Shown here: in pieces, positions 7,538 to 16,293 of the stretch
Numbering within the stretch: the stretch's first letter is position 1
Layout of the letters: each line of letters opens with the position of its first letter
IMG/VR virus record: IMGVR_UViG_3300028028_000001
Location: 32,001 to 96,000 of that record
DNA: 64,000 nucleotides
Strand: one strand, 5' to 3'
Source: a virus
Translations under genes and position numbers: made by a program
Notes under the pieces: model-generated
What the model was told of the DNA's origin: nothing
Seen by the model: the letters and a program-made list of their open reading frames with translations, nothing else
Databases searched by the model: none

Positions 7538-9871
7538 ATGCACCTCTATCGCCCCGTTCGATCCGCTGACGGTTCTCTTTCGCTACGTGCCTCGGAACTG
7601 GTCTTCCGTCGCCCCGATGTGGCCCCCCGCGAGCTGCGCAAGGCCCTTCGTCTTCCGATCGGCATCGGCTGGCGTGACATCGACCAGGACGTGGACGGTG
7701 GCAAGGAGAAGAGGATCGTGGAGTGGGGAACGGTCTCCCGCTACTGGCCCTCACTCGAAGCCGCCATGGCCGCAGAACGGCGCTACCTGATCCTCGGGTC
7801 GCAGGATGACGGCTACGGGATTCCCCAGGTCGAGCGGCCCGGGTCGGTCCAGGCCTGGGAAGCACGGGAGCGCGCCCGTTCGGCTCATGAGATGGTGATC
7901 TACTACTCGCCCGACGGGTGGACGGCTCTTGCTGGTGACGAGCACGGTGGGCAGGTCAAGGTGCTCGACGACTGCCGCGCGTACCGCTGGCCCTCGCTCA
8001 TGGACGCGCTCTCTGCTGAGACGGCGTGGAGAGAGAAGGCGGACGCCGCGACCCTCAAACAGGTCCAGGCCGAAGCGCGCGGTGGAGAACCGAAGCCTTC
8101 GTTCTACGGTTACGGCGCGTTCATGGACGCGGCGCGGAAGTGTGCGGAGTTCATGGCGCTTGCGGATCCGGGTGTCGGGGCGCCTCTCGTTCGGTTCACG
8201 GTGGACCTTCGCAAGGCCGCTCAAATGGGGTTGTTCGGAGGGGAGACACGGATCCCGGAGCGGTCGCATCAAATGGGCCTCTTCGGTGGGACCGCGCACG
8301 TCAAGGCGCATACCCGGGTGGTCCATGGGCATGTGATCGAGGTGAAGGCCCATGATCGGGAGGTCGAGCATGGGGCGAACCATCCTCCCGAGGTGATGGG
8401 GCACTCGGCGCCGGGACATCGGGTGGATGTGGATGCGAAGGTGGCATGGCCAGAAGTCAAAGAAGGCAACCTGTACCGCATCCATTTCGACACCCGCGAC
8501 GAAGGCCAGCCGCACGGCGACTATATCGCCAAACGAGCCTCGACGAATCATCACCAGTTCGAGAACCTTCTCAACGGCGCCCCCATGATGTTGAACCGGG
8601 ATGCGGAAGGGCAGGGGAAGCACAGTCTGAGCGGCAAGGAAGGTGTCAGGATCCGAAGCGTTACAGGGTTTGAGGATGCTCTGGATGAGGCGAAAGCCAA
8701 GCATGAGATCATCCGAAAGGACGCGGAACGGGCGGCTTTGGCACCGAAGGTTGAGGAGAAGCCCTCCATTTCCGTCGATCCGGCCCAAATCGTCAAACCA
8801 GCGGACATTCAACCACCGGGCCCCATTCGTGACTACACCGACATGAAGCCATCGGTCGGTATGAAGGTTCACGGGCACTACATGCGGTCACCCTTCACCG
8901 GCACGGTCCATAACATCGAATCCGACTCAAGCGGATACCCTGGCACCCAGAACGATCGCAGGTTGTGGGTGAAACTTGATAGCCCCCTGGTGGTCCCGGA
9001 AGGTGATTCGTCATACCCCGCCGGTCACGTTCGGCGCGAGGCAGGGGAAAGCATCATTTTCCACGGGGAAAAACAGGCGTCAGGACATACACGGGTTCAT
9101 CATGACACCCATCAAACCCTGGATTCGGTAGATAATCCGCTTCCTGGGTTGGTGCCCTTCGTAACAGACTACGATTCACGAAAGAAAACCCATACCCTGT
9201 CCGTGAACGGGAAGATGTCGAGCCATCCGACGCATGAAGCCGCGTTTGCTGCGGGGATGGAGGAGGTCAAGCCCACAACGCAACTTATCACCGAAGATGA
9301 GCTGAGAGAGCAGACCATCAAGCCCCCACCCAAGCCCACCCTATCCGTCAAACCTGCGGAAATCGTTCAGGTTATACCGGGTATGGAGCACGAACATCCG
9401 GACTTTCCAGGCCACCGGTTGACCCGTGTGCAAACCCGGGAGAGGGACATCAGTTCCCGTGGTCGGGGACATGATTTATACACAATGATTGCCGGCCCAG
9501 AAGATGACACAATGCACTGGAGCGACAAGCATGTTGGCCATGAAGTAATTTCGGACGATTATCCAAGGTCAAGGTCCATACGATCAAGCGATAGACATGG
9601 TGAAACCTATGCGCATATGCCGCTCAAGCCCGGTAGTGTGATTATGCGTCTCAAAAAGAATACCGACGGGACAACCCAGAAGTCTGCGTTAGTTGTTCCG
9701 GAAAGTGGAGGAGACACATACCCAAGACACAAAGATCAACCACTGGACGCCGATAGTTTGCCGTCTGCAACGGTAACCTCACGCAAAGCGGCTACTGGAT
9801 GGGAAACTGTAGTAGATATCCCCGAAGGGATATCGGGTGTCAAGGCTGGTAAGCGAATTTACCGAGGATAG
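7538..9871 (+). CDS. Large hypothetical protein with a duplicated QMGLF motif plus the HxR module
   Basis: 'LRKAAQMGLFGG...SHQMGLFGGTAHVKAHTRVVHGHVIEVKAHDR'. The last ~500 nt have visibly lower GC. Confidence 0.75.
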   Translation: MHLYRPVRSADGSLSLRASELVFRRPDVAPRELRKALRLPIGIGWRDIDQDVDGGKEKRIVEWGTVSRYWPSLEAAMAAERRYLILGSQDDGYGIPQVERPGSVQAWEARERARSAHEMVIYYSPDGWTALAGDEHGGQVKVLDDCRAYRWPSLMDALSAETAWREKADAATLKQVQAEARGGEPKPSFYGYGAFMDAARKCAEFMALADPGVGAPLVRFTVDLRKAAQMGLFGGETRIPERSHQMGLFGGTAHVKAHTRVVHGHVIEVKAHDREVEHGANHPPEVMGHSAPGHRVDVDAKVAWPEVKEGNLYRIHFDTRDEGQPHGDYIAKRASTNHHQFENLLNGAPMMLNRDAEGQGKHSLSGKEGVRIRSVTGFEDALDEAKAKHEIIRKDAERAALAPKVEEKPSISVDPAQIVKPADIQPPGPIRDYTDMKPSVGMKVHGHYMRSPFTGTVHNIESDSSGYPGTQNDRRLWVKLDSPLVVPEGDSSYPAGHVRREAGESIIFHGEKQASGHTRVHHDTHQTLDSVDNPLPGLVPFVTDYDSRKKTHTLSVNGKMSSHPTHEAAFAAGMEEVKPTTQLITEDELREQTIKPPPKPTLSVKPAEIVQVIPGMEHEHPDFPGHRLTRVQTRERDISSRGRGHDLYTMIAGPEDDTMHWSDKHVGHEVISDDYPRSRSIRSSDRHGETYAHMPLKPGSVIMRLKKNTDGTTQKSALVVPESGGDTYPRHKDQPLDADSLPSATVTSRKAATGWETVVDIPEGISGVKAGKRIYRG

Positions 9872-9874
9872 CCC

Positions 9875-12800
9875 ATGTTCACCCCCTGCAAGTGCTCCAA
9901 AGGCTGCAAGGCCCACGCCATCATCACAGCGCTCGACATGGACGGGACCACCTACCCTGTGCGAGTCCCCTATGAGCACCGCTACTCCTCGATCGGCTGG
10001 GGCGACCGTCCGCGCGTGCGGTTCGGTGATTCCGTAGCCGTCGAAGTGGCGCGCGGAGAGAAGGGCGTCCAGGCTCTTGACGAACTCGGCAACCTTCACC
10101 GGTTGAACCATGGCGCGTTCTCCACCTGGATTCCGGAAAGGAAGGGCAAGGCTCTCAAAAAGGCGGAAGTCAAAGCCGGTCAACGATGGATCACGGTCCA
10201 CCCCGGCGGCGAAGGCTCAACGGGCGTCCCCATCCTGATTCAGGAGGAGAAGGACGGAACCCACCGAGTCGTGGCAGGCGCGGGCGGGAAACTGACGCAC
10301 CTCCGGCTTGAGAACGTCAAGAGCGCGGACGAATACGCCAAGTCCAAAGCCGACAAGAAGGCCGCAAAGAAAGAGAAGGACAAGACCGCTCCGAAGGAAG
10401 TCAAGGAGACCAAGAAGGAAGCCCACGAGAAGAAGCGCGAGGCCGAGCGCCAGTTCGTCAAAAAGGTGAGCACGAAACTCGGGGGAGTCTCCGAGGATCG
10501 CAAGCGTGACGAATCCGAATCTCCCGCCGTCGCACGTCGGCTTGACGCGCAGCATCATCGAAAGCAGGTCAACGAGGCCAAGAAGCGCGCCCACGGAGCC
10601 ATGCAGGCGGTCGTTGCAGAGCGGACCGGGCAGGAGAGGGCAAAGGCGCTCACCTCCGAGGATACTCCCGAGGTCTCCGCTCACGTTCAGGAAACGATTC
10701 GCGCAGAACTCGACGACGAGGAAGCCGCTCAGAAGGCGCGCAAGGAAGCCCGCGCGCCAAAGATGATGGCCTCCCGGGCCGTGGACCCCGGAGCGCAAGA
10801 GAAAGCCGTCGTCCATGCCGTTGAAGCGGTCAAGCAGGCCCCTGAGCAGCTCGACAAGACACTTGAAGCGCTCGGCGGGCGTACTGACTCGGGCGAGGTT
10901 CTCCGGCTCTCTGTCGTGCCTGCCGTGGAGGCGAAACGCCGGTCCCTGCAAGCGCTCCAGGACGCCCAGATCATCCATGAAGCCCTATCGAACGGGCCCC
11001 CGAAAGACGAGAAGCAGCAGGCGATCGTGGAGCAGGCCCTGGGCGGCGCGAAACTCGGAACCGAGGAGGCCAAGGAAGCACTCCAGACCGCCATGGTCTC
11101 GAAGGTCAACGAAGCCGAGCGGCACGAAGTCCAGTCCAGGAAGCTCGACCAGATCGCACGGGACAAGGGCGAAGACGTGGCCGACCGTGCTCTCCGGGCG
11201 ACCGACGCGGCAAGGGCCATCGCTCGCGAAACACAGGAAGCGCGGCGCCTGGGACTCGACAATCCCGAGAAGACGCCCCTTACTGTGCCTGAAACCGATG
11301 AACTCATGGACGTGGTGAAGGACCTCCAGGACCTGAAAGCGAAGACCCGAGCCCTGAAGAACGTCGTCAAGGACGCGGAAAAGGGCAACTTCGATCGGTC
11401 GCGCCGTGCGTTCAAGATGGACGTTCAAGCGGCCCCCAAAGACGTGGAGATGTCGATCGAGGAAGAGGTTCAGCGCTCACTCACGGAGCAGCTCCTCGGC
11501 GCGGTCAAGACCGATCGCCCGGAGTACATCCAGGGCGTCACCGCTGGGCACTATGACGCCCTCGCGGATGTCGGCTTGCAGATTGGCGGCCAGCGCTACC
11601 TGGACCGCCCCACGGTGGACGCTCTCGGCGCGAAGAATGCCGCGATCCTACTCCGGTATGGGCTTGACCAGGACGGGCACGATATGGACGCCGTTCGCCA
11701 GGCCGTGGAAGAGTCGCACGTTGACGCGGTGAAAACCGAAGCCGCCAAAGCCATCGAGAAAGCGCGATCCTACGTCCCTGGGTTGGTCCACGAAGTCGAT
11801 ACAACCGAAGACGCCGAAGCAGCAATGGCGCACTTGGACGCCCACGAATCCGAGATCGTCTCAGCGCAGAAGGCCCTTTCCTCGGCGATCGGGAGGCTCG
11901 AAGGTACGGCTACCCTTGGCCAGGCGCTGCGCGACAAGATGCCCGATAGCCTTTCCGTTCGGGGCACCTCTCTTGAATCGTCTCAGCAGTGGGTTCATTC
12001 GCTCGGGCTTCACCCTGCCGATTACGAGGTGAACGCTGCACGGAACGAGATTACGATCCCCCGCCGATCGTGGGACAAACTGCTATCCCGAGACTCGCGC
12101 GAGGACATCGACAACCGGCGCGTGGTCAACGAGATCAAGGCAGGTCAGCACGACATCAAGGGTTGGCTTCCTCCCGGCATTGCCTATCGAGAGGCCTCCA
12201 CGTTCACCGCGCCCGTTCCCAGCGCTCCTCGCATGTGGGAACCGCTTTCGTTCGATGGCGACCTCGACGAGGCCATCAAGACACACGTCGGCGCCCGGTT
12301 GGCATCCGGTGAGCATATCGGGGAGATTGCGTCTGACATCTCCTCGGAAGGTGTTGCTTCGCAGGCCCCGAGCGCGAAGGAATACCGCGCGGCACTCGAG
12401 CGGCACTTCCCTCTCTACAAGGAAGGTGGAAAGGAACGGCTCACCGAAGCCCTGGCGGCTCTTGGACCTCGGCCGGAGAACGAGAACGAGGCGATCGAGT
12501 GGGACCGAAAAGCCATTAAGGCGGAGCAAGCGGAAAAGGTAGGCCTGACGCACTTCGCCGACAAGTGGGAGTCCTGGGCCCAGGACTACATGGAAAAGAA
12601 GCACGGTGGCGAGGGAGCCTATCACTCGCAGAACCTGCATCCCGAGGACGTGGCGACCCGTGAGGCCATTTTCCGGACGCTGGCGGATCACCCGGAGGGC
12701 AAGATCGCCTTCAAGCCGTCGGGTCAACTGACACCGCAGGAAGAGGGGGTGATTCGGGACCGGTACTATCAGAGGATGGGGATCGACCCGAAGGTGAAGG

Positions 12801-15577
12801 TTGACGAGGCAAGGTTCCAAAGGGAGATGGCCCAGGCCAGTATGCCGGAAGGGCAGTGGGAGACCATGGTCAAGGAACACGAAGGAGAAGGCATAACTCC
12901 AGGGCAGGCCAAGGCCCGAGCCATGTCTCACCTTGGAGAGAAGGTCAAGAATGAGGCGTATTACCAAGAACTGACGAAACCATGGGACAAGACGGCTGGA
13001 ACTGCATCTATAGACGAACCAAAGGATGTAAAACAACGTCGCCAATACCTGACGCGCGAACTCGCCGCACTCGGGAAAGAGCCCGACCGCCAAGACAAAG
13101 AGGCCAACCAGAAATGGCAAGAAGCGCGTAATGCTGTTTTTGAAAAGGCCGACACCGATTCTGGCAAGGAAGAACTTGATGAGACCAGTCCCGAATACCG
13201 GGCTTGGCAAAAACGACGTGATGCTGTTCTTGCCCGTCATCCGCGAGCGGGTATGCAAAGCGCAATCGATAGTCTCGACAAAGCCGATCCGGAGTACGCA
13301 AGCAAAGTCGAAGCCATCAAACAGGACGCAGCGACCGCCCCCACCGCCTGGGGCAACTACGTTGAAGCGCACGGTTCGCGGCAACTGGCGATCGAGGCCC
13401 TGCAAGATGAGATGAGGGGCGAATTCGTCAAGACGTACCAGGAGCACCACGGAAAGGTCACCGGGAACCCGCTACGGGTGGGCGTTCAGGACGTAACCAA
13501 CAAGGCGCGCCATATCCGGGCAACAGGATCCCCCGAGGAAATCGCGCAAGCCAGGGCAGAGGAAAGGTCCAGGCTATCCAGTCTCCAGAAGAGGCAGGGC
13601 GGCGGATTTACCGAGATGGGCGGTGCAGGGTCGGCGAAAGCCCTGTTCACAAAAGCACTTGAACAAGACGAAATCGACAAGTCAAGTCAACTCGCTATGT
13701 TCGGATCGGCTACCTCCTCGGTGGCGGACCTCCCCGAAAAGAAGATCGAGCCGAAGACCGGCCAGCGGTGGAGTCTCGGAACCCGCGCGGAATCGCAACT
13801 TGAGAGCGTCATCAATGGCGGCCTGGGCCAGCAGTTTCAACCAGGAAGCCCGATCCGGCTTTTCGGTGGGCTCAACATGGATGGCGATCGAATCCACCAG
13901 CAGCGGGTTCTTCGCCAACTCGATCGGGTCAAAAGGATGGCGGCGCTTCTCGGCACGGGCGCGGGGAAGTCGCTCACCTCGATCGCAGGGTTCACCCAGG
14001 CGCACGCGAAGGGTGAGGCATCCCACGGGCTCTATCTGGTCCCTGCCGCAGTCCAAGACCAGTTCGGCGGCGAGATGTTGCGCTACACGCAGCCCGGGAA
14101 ATACAACTGGGCAACGGGTGGCGGAAAGAGCCACGCGGAACGGGTACGGATGCTCAAGGATCCGTCTATTCATATGCGGGTTATGACACACCAGTCCTTC
14201 CGGGATACTGCCCTAAAACTCATGGCAGACCACCATGGTCGGACTACCGAGAAGATGACAGAGGACTTCGGAAAGGCAGACCCAAAGACCCGCGCCCGGT
14301 GGATGCGTGAGGCCTTCGATGCCCACGGGATCCCCCGCCACTTCGTCTATTATGACGAGGCGCACACCGCGACCTCCGAGAACGAGAAGAGCGCCTCTCT
14401 GACTCATGACGTTGCGACGGCGGTAACGCATCCGTCGAACGCTACCCATCTGCTTCTCGGGACCGCCACCCCCACGAAGAACAACACCGGAGAGATGCAC
14501 TCATGGGCCTCGCTACTCGATCCGGACAAGTACGCCGATCGGTGGAAGTTCATGCAGAACTTTGGGAGGGAAACCGCCTGGAACCCGAACGCGATCCGTC
14601 AAGAACTTGGGCACCGGGTTTACACCGCCAGAATCGACCCCGAAGGAGTATCCCGAACAGACACCGACAACCCGACCGTGGAGGAAAAGGAAGTCCAGAC
14701 TGGTGAGAATATGTGGGGTCCAACCTACGAAAAGCAGAAGGTGAAGTCTGCCGGCAAGCCGATCGAACTTCACCCTACCCAGAAGGCCCGGGTAGATGAG
14801 ATCACGGCGGCTTATGAGCAGGCATCCACCTCGTTCAAGAAGGGCCATGTGGACGTGGAGAGCATCCGGAAAATCAACCCGGCACCGTTCGAGGGTAAGA
14901 CCGATGAGCAGGCCCAAAGCATCGCGCGGAACATGATGAAGGGCCTTGGCTTCACCCGTGACGCGGCGCTGGAGCGGGCGATCAACCGCTCGCCTGTGGG
15001 CCAGAACGCGAAACTGGACGCCCTGGCCTCTGTCGTCCAGCATGACCTCGCGCAGAACTGGACCGATCGGAAAGGCAACGCGCGCAAGGGGAAGGCCTCG
15101 ATCATCTTTTCGGACTCGGCGCAGGATGGAAAACTCATCAACCAGCACCTTCGCTCTCTTGGCGTCCGCTCGGCTTTCTATCACGGTGGGCTTCCGAACG
15201 AGCAGAAAGAAGCCATCCGCACCGGGTTCCAACCCGAGCAAGGCGAGCCGAAGCACGACGTTATCGTCGCCACGTCGGCGGCCGAGGCGGGTCTGAACCT
15301 CCAACGGGCAAGCGTGCTGCACAATTACGACGTGCCCCAGACTGAGAAGAGCCACGCGCAGAGAGCCGGGCGAGCGTACCGGCAGGGGCAACTTGGCGAC
15401 GTGGAGATTCACAACTGGCACACGAACACGGCGTTCGAGCGTCGGGCGCTTCAACTGCTCAAGGAGAAGCGGTATCTCGCTTCCGTGTTTCAGACTCCGA
15501 TCGGCCATATGGACGACACAGGAACGGGCCTGCGTTATACTCGGATCATCTCACGCAAACATGAGGCTGCGGCATGA
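9875..15577 (+). CDS. 1900-aa SNF2-family helicase with long N-terminal extension (polyvalent/DarB-style architecture)
   Basis: 'GTGAGKSLTS' (Walker A), 'YYDEAHTA' (motif II), 'LLGTATPTKNN', 'ATSAAEAGLNLQ', 'QRAGRAYRQGQ'. N-terminal 'RWITVHPGGEGSTGVPILI' and a K/E/A-rich coiled region. Confidence 0.9.
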   Translation: MFTPCKCSKGCKAHAIITALDMDGTTYPVRVPYEHRYSSIGWGDRPRVRFGDSVAVEVARGEKGVQALDELGNLHRLNHGAFSTWIPERKGKALKKAEVKAGQRWITVHPGGEGSTGVPILIQEEKDGTHRVVAGAGGKLTHLRLENVKSADEYAKSKADKKAAKKEKDKTAPKEVKETKKEAHEKKREAERQFVKKVSTKLGGVSEDRKRDESESPAVARRLDAQHHRKQVNEAKKRAHGAMQAVVAERTGQERAKALTSEDTPEVSAHVQETIRAELDDEEAAQKARKEARAPKMMASRAVDPGAQEKAVVHAVEAVKQAPEQLDKTLEALGGRTDSGEVLRLSVVPAVEAKRRSLQALQDAQIIHEALSNGPPKDEKQQAIVEQALGGAKLGTEEAKEALQTAMVSKVNEAERHEVQSRKLDQIARDKGEDVADRALRATDAARAIARETQEARRLGLDNPEKTPLTVPETDELMDVVKDLQDLKAKTRALKNVVKDAEKGNFDRSRRAFKMDVQAAPKDVEMSIEEEVQRSLTEQLLGAVKTDRPEYIQGVTAGHYDALADVGLQIGGQRYLDRPTVDALGAKNAAILLRYGLDQDGHDMDAVRQAVEESHVDAVKTEAAKAIEKARSYVPGLVHEVDTTEDAEAAMAHLDAHESEIVSAQKALSSAIGRLEGTATLGQALRDKMPDSLSVRGTSLESSQQWVHSLGLHPADYEVNAARNEITIPRRSWDKLLSRDSREDIDNRRVVNEIKAGQHDIKGWLPPGIAYREASTFTAPVPSAPRMWEPLSFDGDLDEAIKTHVGARLASGEHIGEIASDISSEGVASQAPSAKEYRAALERHFPLYKEGGKERLTEALAALGPRPENENEAIEWDRKAIKAEQAEKVGLTHFADKWESWAQDYMEKKHGGEGAYHSQNLHPEDVATREAIFRTLADHPEGKIAFKPSGQLTPQEEGVIRDRYYQRMGIDPKVKVDEARFQREMAQASMPEGQWETMVKEHEGEGITPGQAKARAMSHLGEKVKNEAYYQELTKPWDKTAGTASIDEPKDVKQRRQYLTRELAALGKEPDRQDKEANQKWQEARNAVFEKADTDSGKEELDETSPEYRAWQKRRDAVLARHPRAGMQSAIDSLDKADPEYASKVEAIKQDAATAPTAWGNYVEAHGSRQLAIEALQDEMRGEFVKTYQEHHGKVTGNPLRVGVQDVTNKARHIRATGSPEEIAQARAEERSRLSSLQKRQGGGFTEMGGAGSAKALFTKALEQDEIDKSSQLAMFGSATSSVADLPEKKIEPKTGQRWSLGTRAESQLESVINGGLGQQFQPGSPIRLFGGLNMDGDRIHQQRVLRQLDRVKRMAALLGTGAGKSLTSIAGFTQAHAKGEASHGLYLVPAAVQDQFGGEMLRYTQPGKYNWATGGGKSHAERVRMLKDPSIHMRVMTHQSFRDTALKLMADHHGRTTEKMTEDFGKADPKTRARWMREAFDAHGIPRHFVYYDEAHTATSENEKSASLTHDVATAVTHPSNATHLLLGTATPTKNNTGEMHSWASLLDPDKYADRWKFMQNFGRETAWNPNAIRQELGHRVYTARIDPEGVSRTDTDNPTVEEKEVQTGENMWGPTYEKQKVKSAGKPIELHPTQKARVDEITAAYEQASTSFKKGHVDVESIRKINPAPFEGKTDEQAQSIARNMMKGLGFTRDAALERAINRSPVGQNAKLDALASVVQHDLAQNWTDRKGNARKGKASIIFSDSAQDGKLINQHLRSLGVRSAFYHGGLPNEQKEAIRTGFQPEQGEPKHDVIVATSAAEAGLNLQRASVLHNYDVPQTEKSHAQRAGRAYRQGQLGDVEIHNWHTNTAFERRALQLLKEKRYLASVFQTPIGHMDDTGTGLRYTRIISRKHEAAA

Positions 15578-15738
15578 AGATGAGAAAGAAAAAAGTAGAC
15601 TTCTCAGCGGTAATCCGGCCAGTCAAAGAAGAAACTTCCTCGCACTTCGGATCGCGTGTCGTCGATATACGGTGTGTAGATTTCTCGGTTGACTCGATCC
15701 GTGCGTTTATCAAGCGGATGGAGCAGGAACCACTATGA
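15574..15738 (+). CDS. Small basic hypothetical protein (54 aa); below the ORF-track length cutoff
   Basis: My translation: MKMRKKKVDFSAVIRPVKEETSSHFGSRVVDIRCVDFSVDSIRAFIKRMEQEPL. ATGA overlaps at both ends (15574 and 15735). GC is lower than the flanks. Confidence 0.45.
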   Translation: MKMRKKKVDFSAVIRPVKEETSSHFGSRVVDIRCVDFSVDSIRAFIKRMEQEPL

Positions 15739-15977
15739 ACGACCGACAAGAGATGATCAAACTCCTCGCGTCTCTGGAGGCCAACAAGCAGGCAATCCAG
15801 GGCGCAAGAAAGGACCTGGCCCGGGAATGCTCCGAGCGTCAGGATGCCGTGTCTCCTGCCCTGGAAACGATCGGCGAGCACCCCGACATGGAAGACGCGG
15901 GGATCCTCGGGCACCGCTACCACAAGACGATTCTGGCCGATCACCATGCGCTTGGCGAACTGGCGCGCCGTGGCTGA
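15735..15977 (+). CDS. Hypothetical protein
   Basis: ATG start, coding-like composition, helical sequence. Confidence 0.6.
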   Translation: MNDRQEMIKLLASLEANKQAIQGARKDLARECSERQDAVSPALETIGEHPDMEDAGILGHRYHKTILADHHALGELARRG

Positions 15978-16206
15978 CCTGTCGGCGTTCAAGATCCGAT
16001 GTCCTGCCTGCGGTTACGATATGTGGGCCGTGCGCGCGGGTCAGTGGACGCTCAAAACCGCTATTATCCGGGTGGACGACGGGGTCTTCATTGCACGATG
16101 CCCAGAAGGGCGGTGCAAAGGTGAAGCCGTGGTCCCGATGGTTCTCCTGCACTCCGACGCTACCCGCCGAATTGTGAGAATTCGAAAAAACAGCGCTGAG
16201 GTATAG
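15946..16206 (+). CDS. Small zinc-ribbon protein
   Basis: 'RCPACGYDMW...RCPEGRC'. Start is uncertain: ATG 15946 or GTG 15970 (GTGGCTGA coupling with the upstream stop). Confidence 0.55.
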   Translation: MRLANWRAVADLSAFKIRCPACGYDMWAVRAGQWTLKTAIIRVDDGVFIARCPEGRCKGEAVVPMVLLHSDATRRIVRIRKNSAEV

Positions 16207-16246
16207 CCGGGCAGTCTGGTCCGAACCTCTCACGGCCCACCCACGG

Positions 16247-16284
16247 CCCTACCCGGATCCCCTCCCGGGTAGGGCCTTCTTTTG
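16247..16284 (+). terminator. Rho-independent terminator
   Basis: Perfect 10-bp stem CCCTACCCGG/CCGGGTAGGG, 8-nt loop, then CCTTCTTTTGTT. Confidence 0.75.
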
Positions 16285-16293
16285 TTGGTACTC

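Noticed and set aside
3660-13450. Multiple long antisense or alternate-frame ORFs (e.g. 3660..4760, 6819..7865, 7751..8878, 10217..10978, 12083..13450)
   Set aside because: All overlap stronger sense-strand genes with recognisable domains. They have low-complexity Arg/Pro/Gly-rich sequence and lack coupled starts.
15578-15734. Sigma70-like promoter (TTGACT ... TATCAA) after the SNF2 gene
   Set aside because: The spacing between the hexamers is only about 13 nt, and the region is better explained as a coupled 54-codon ORF.
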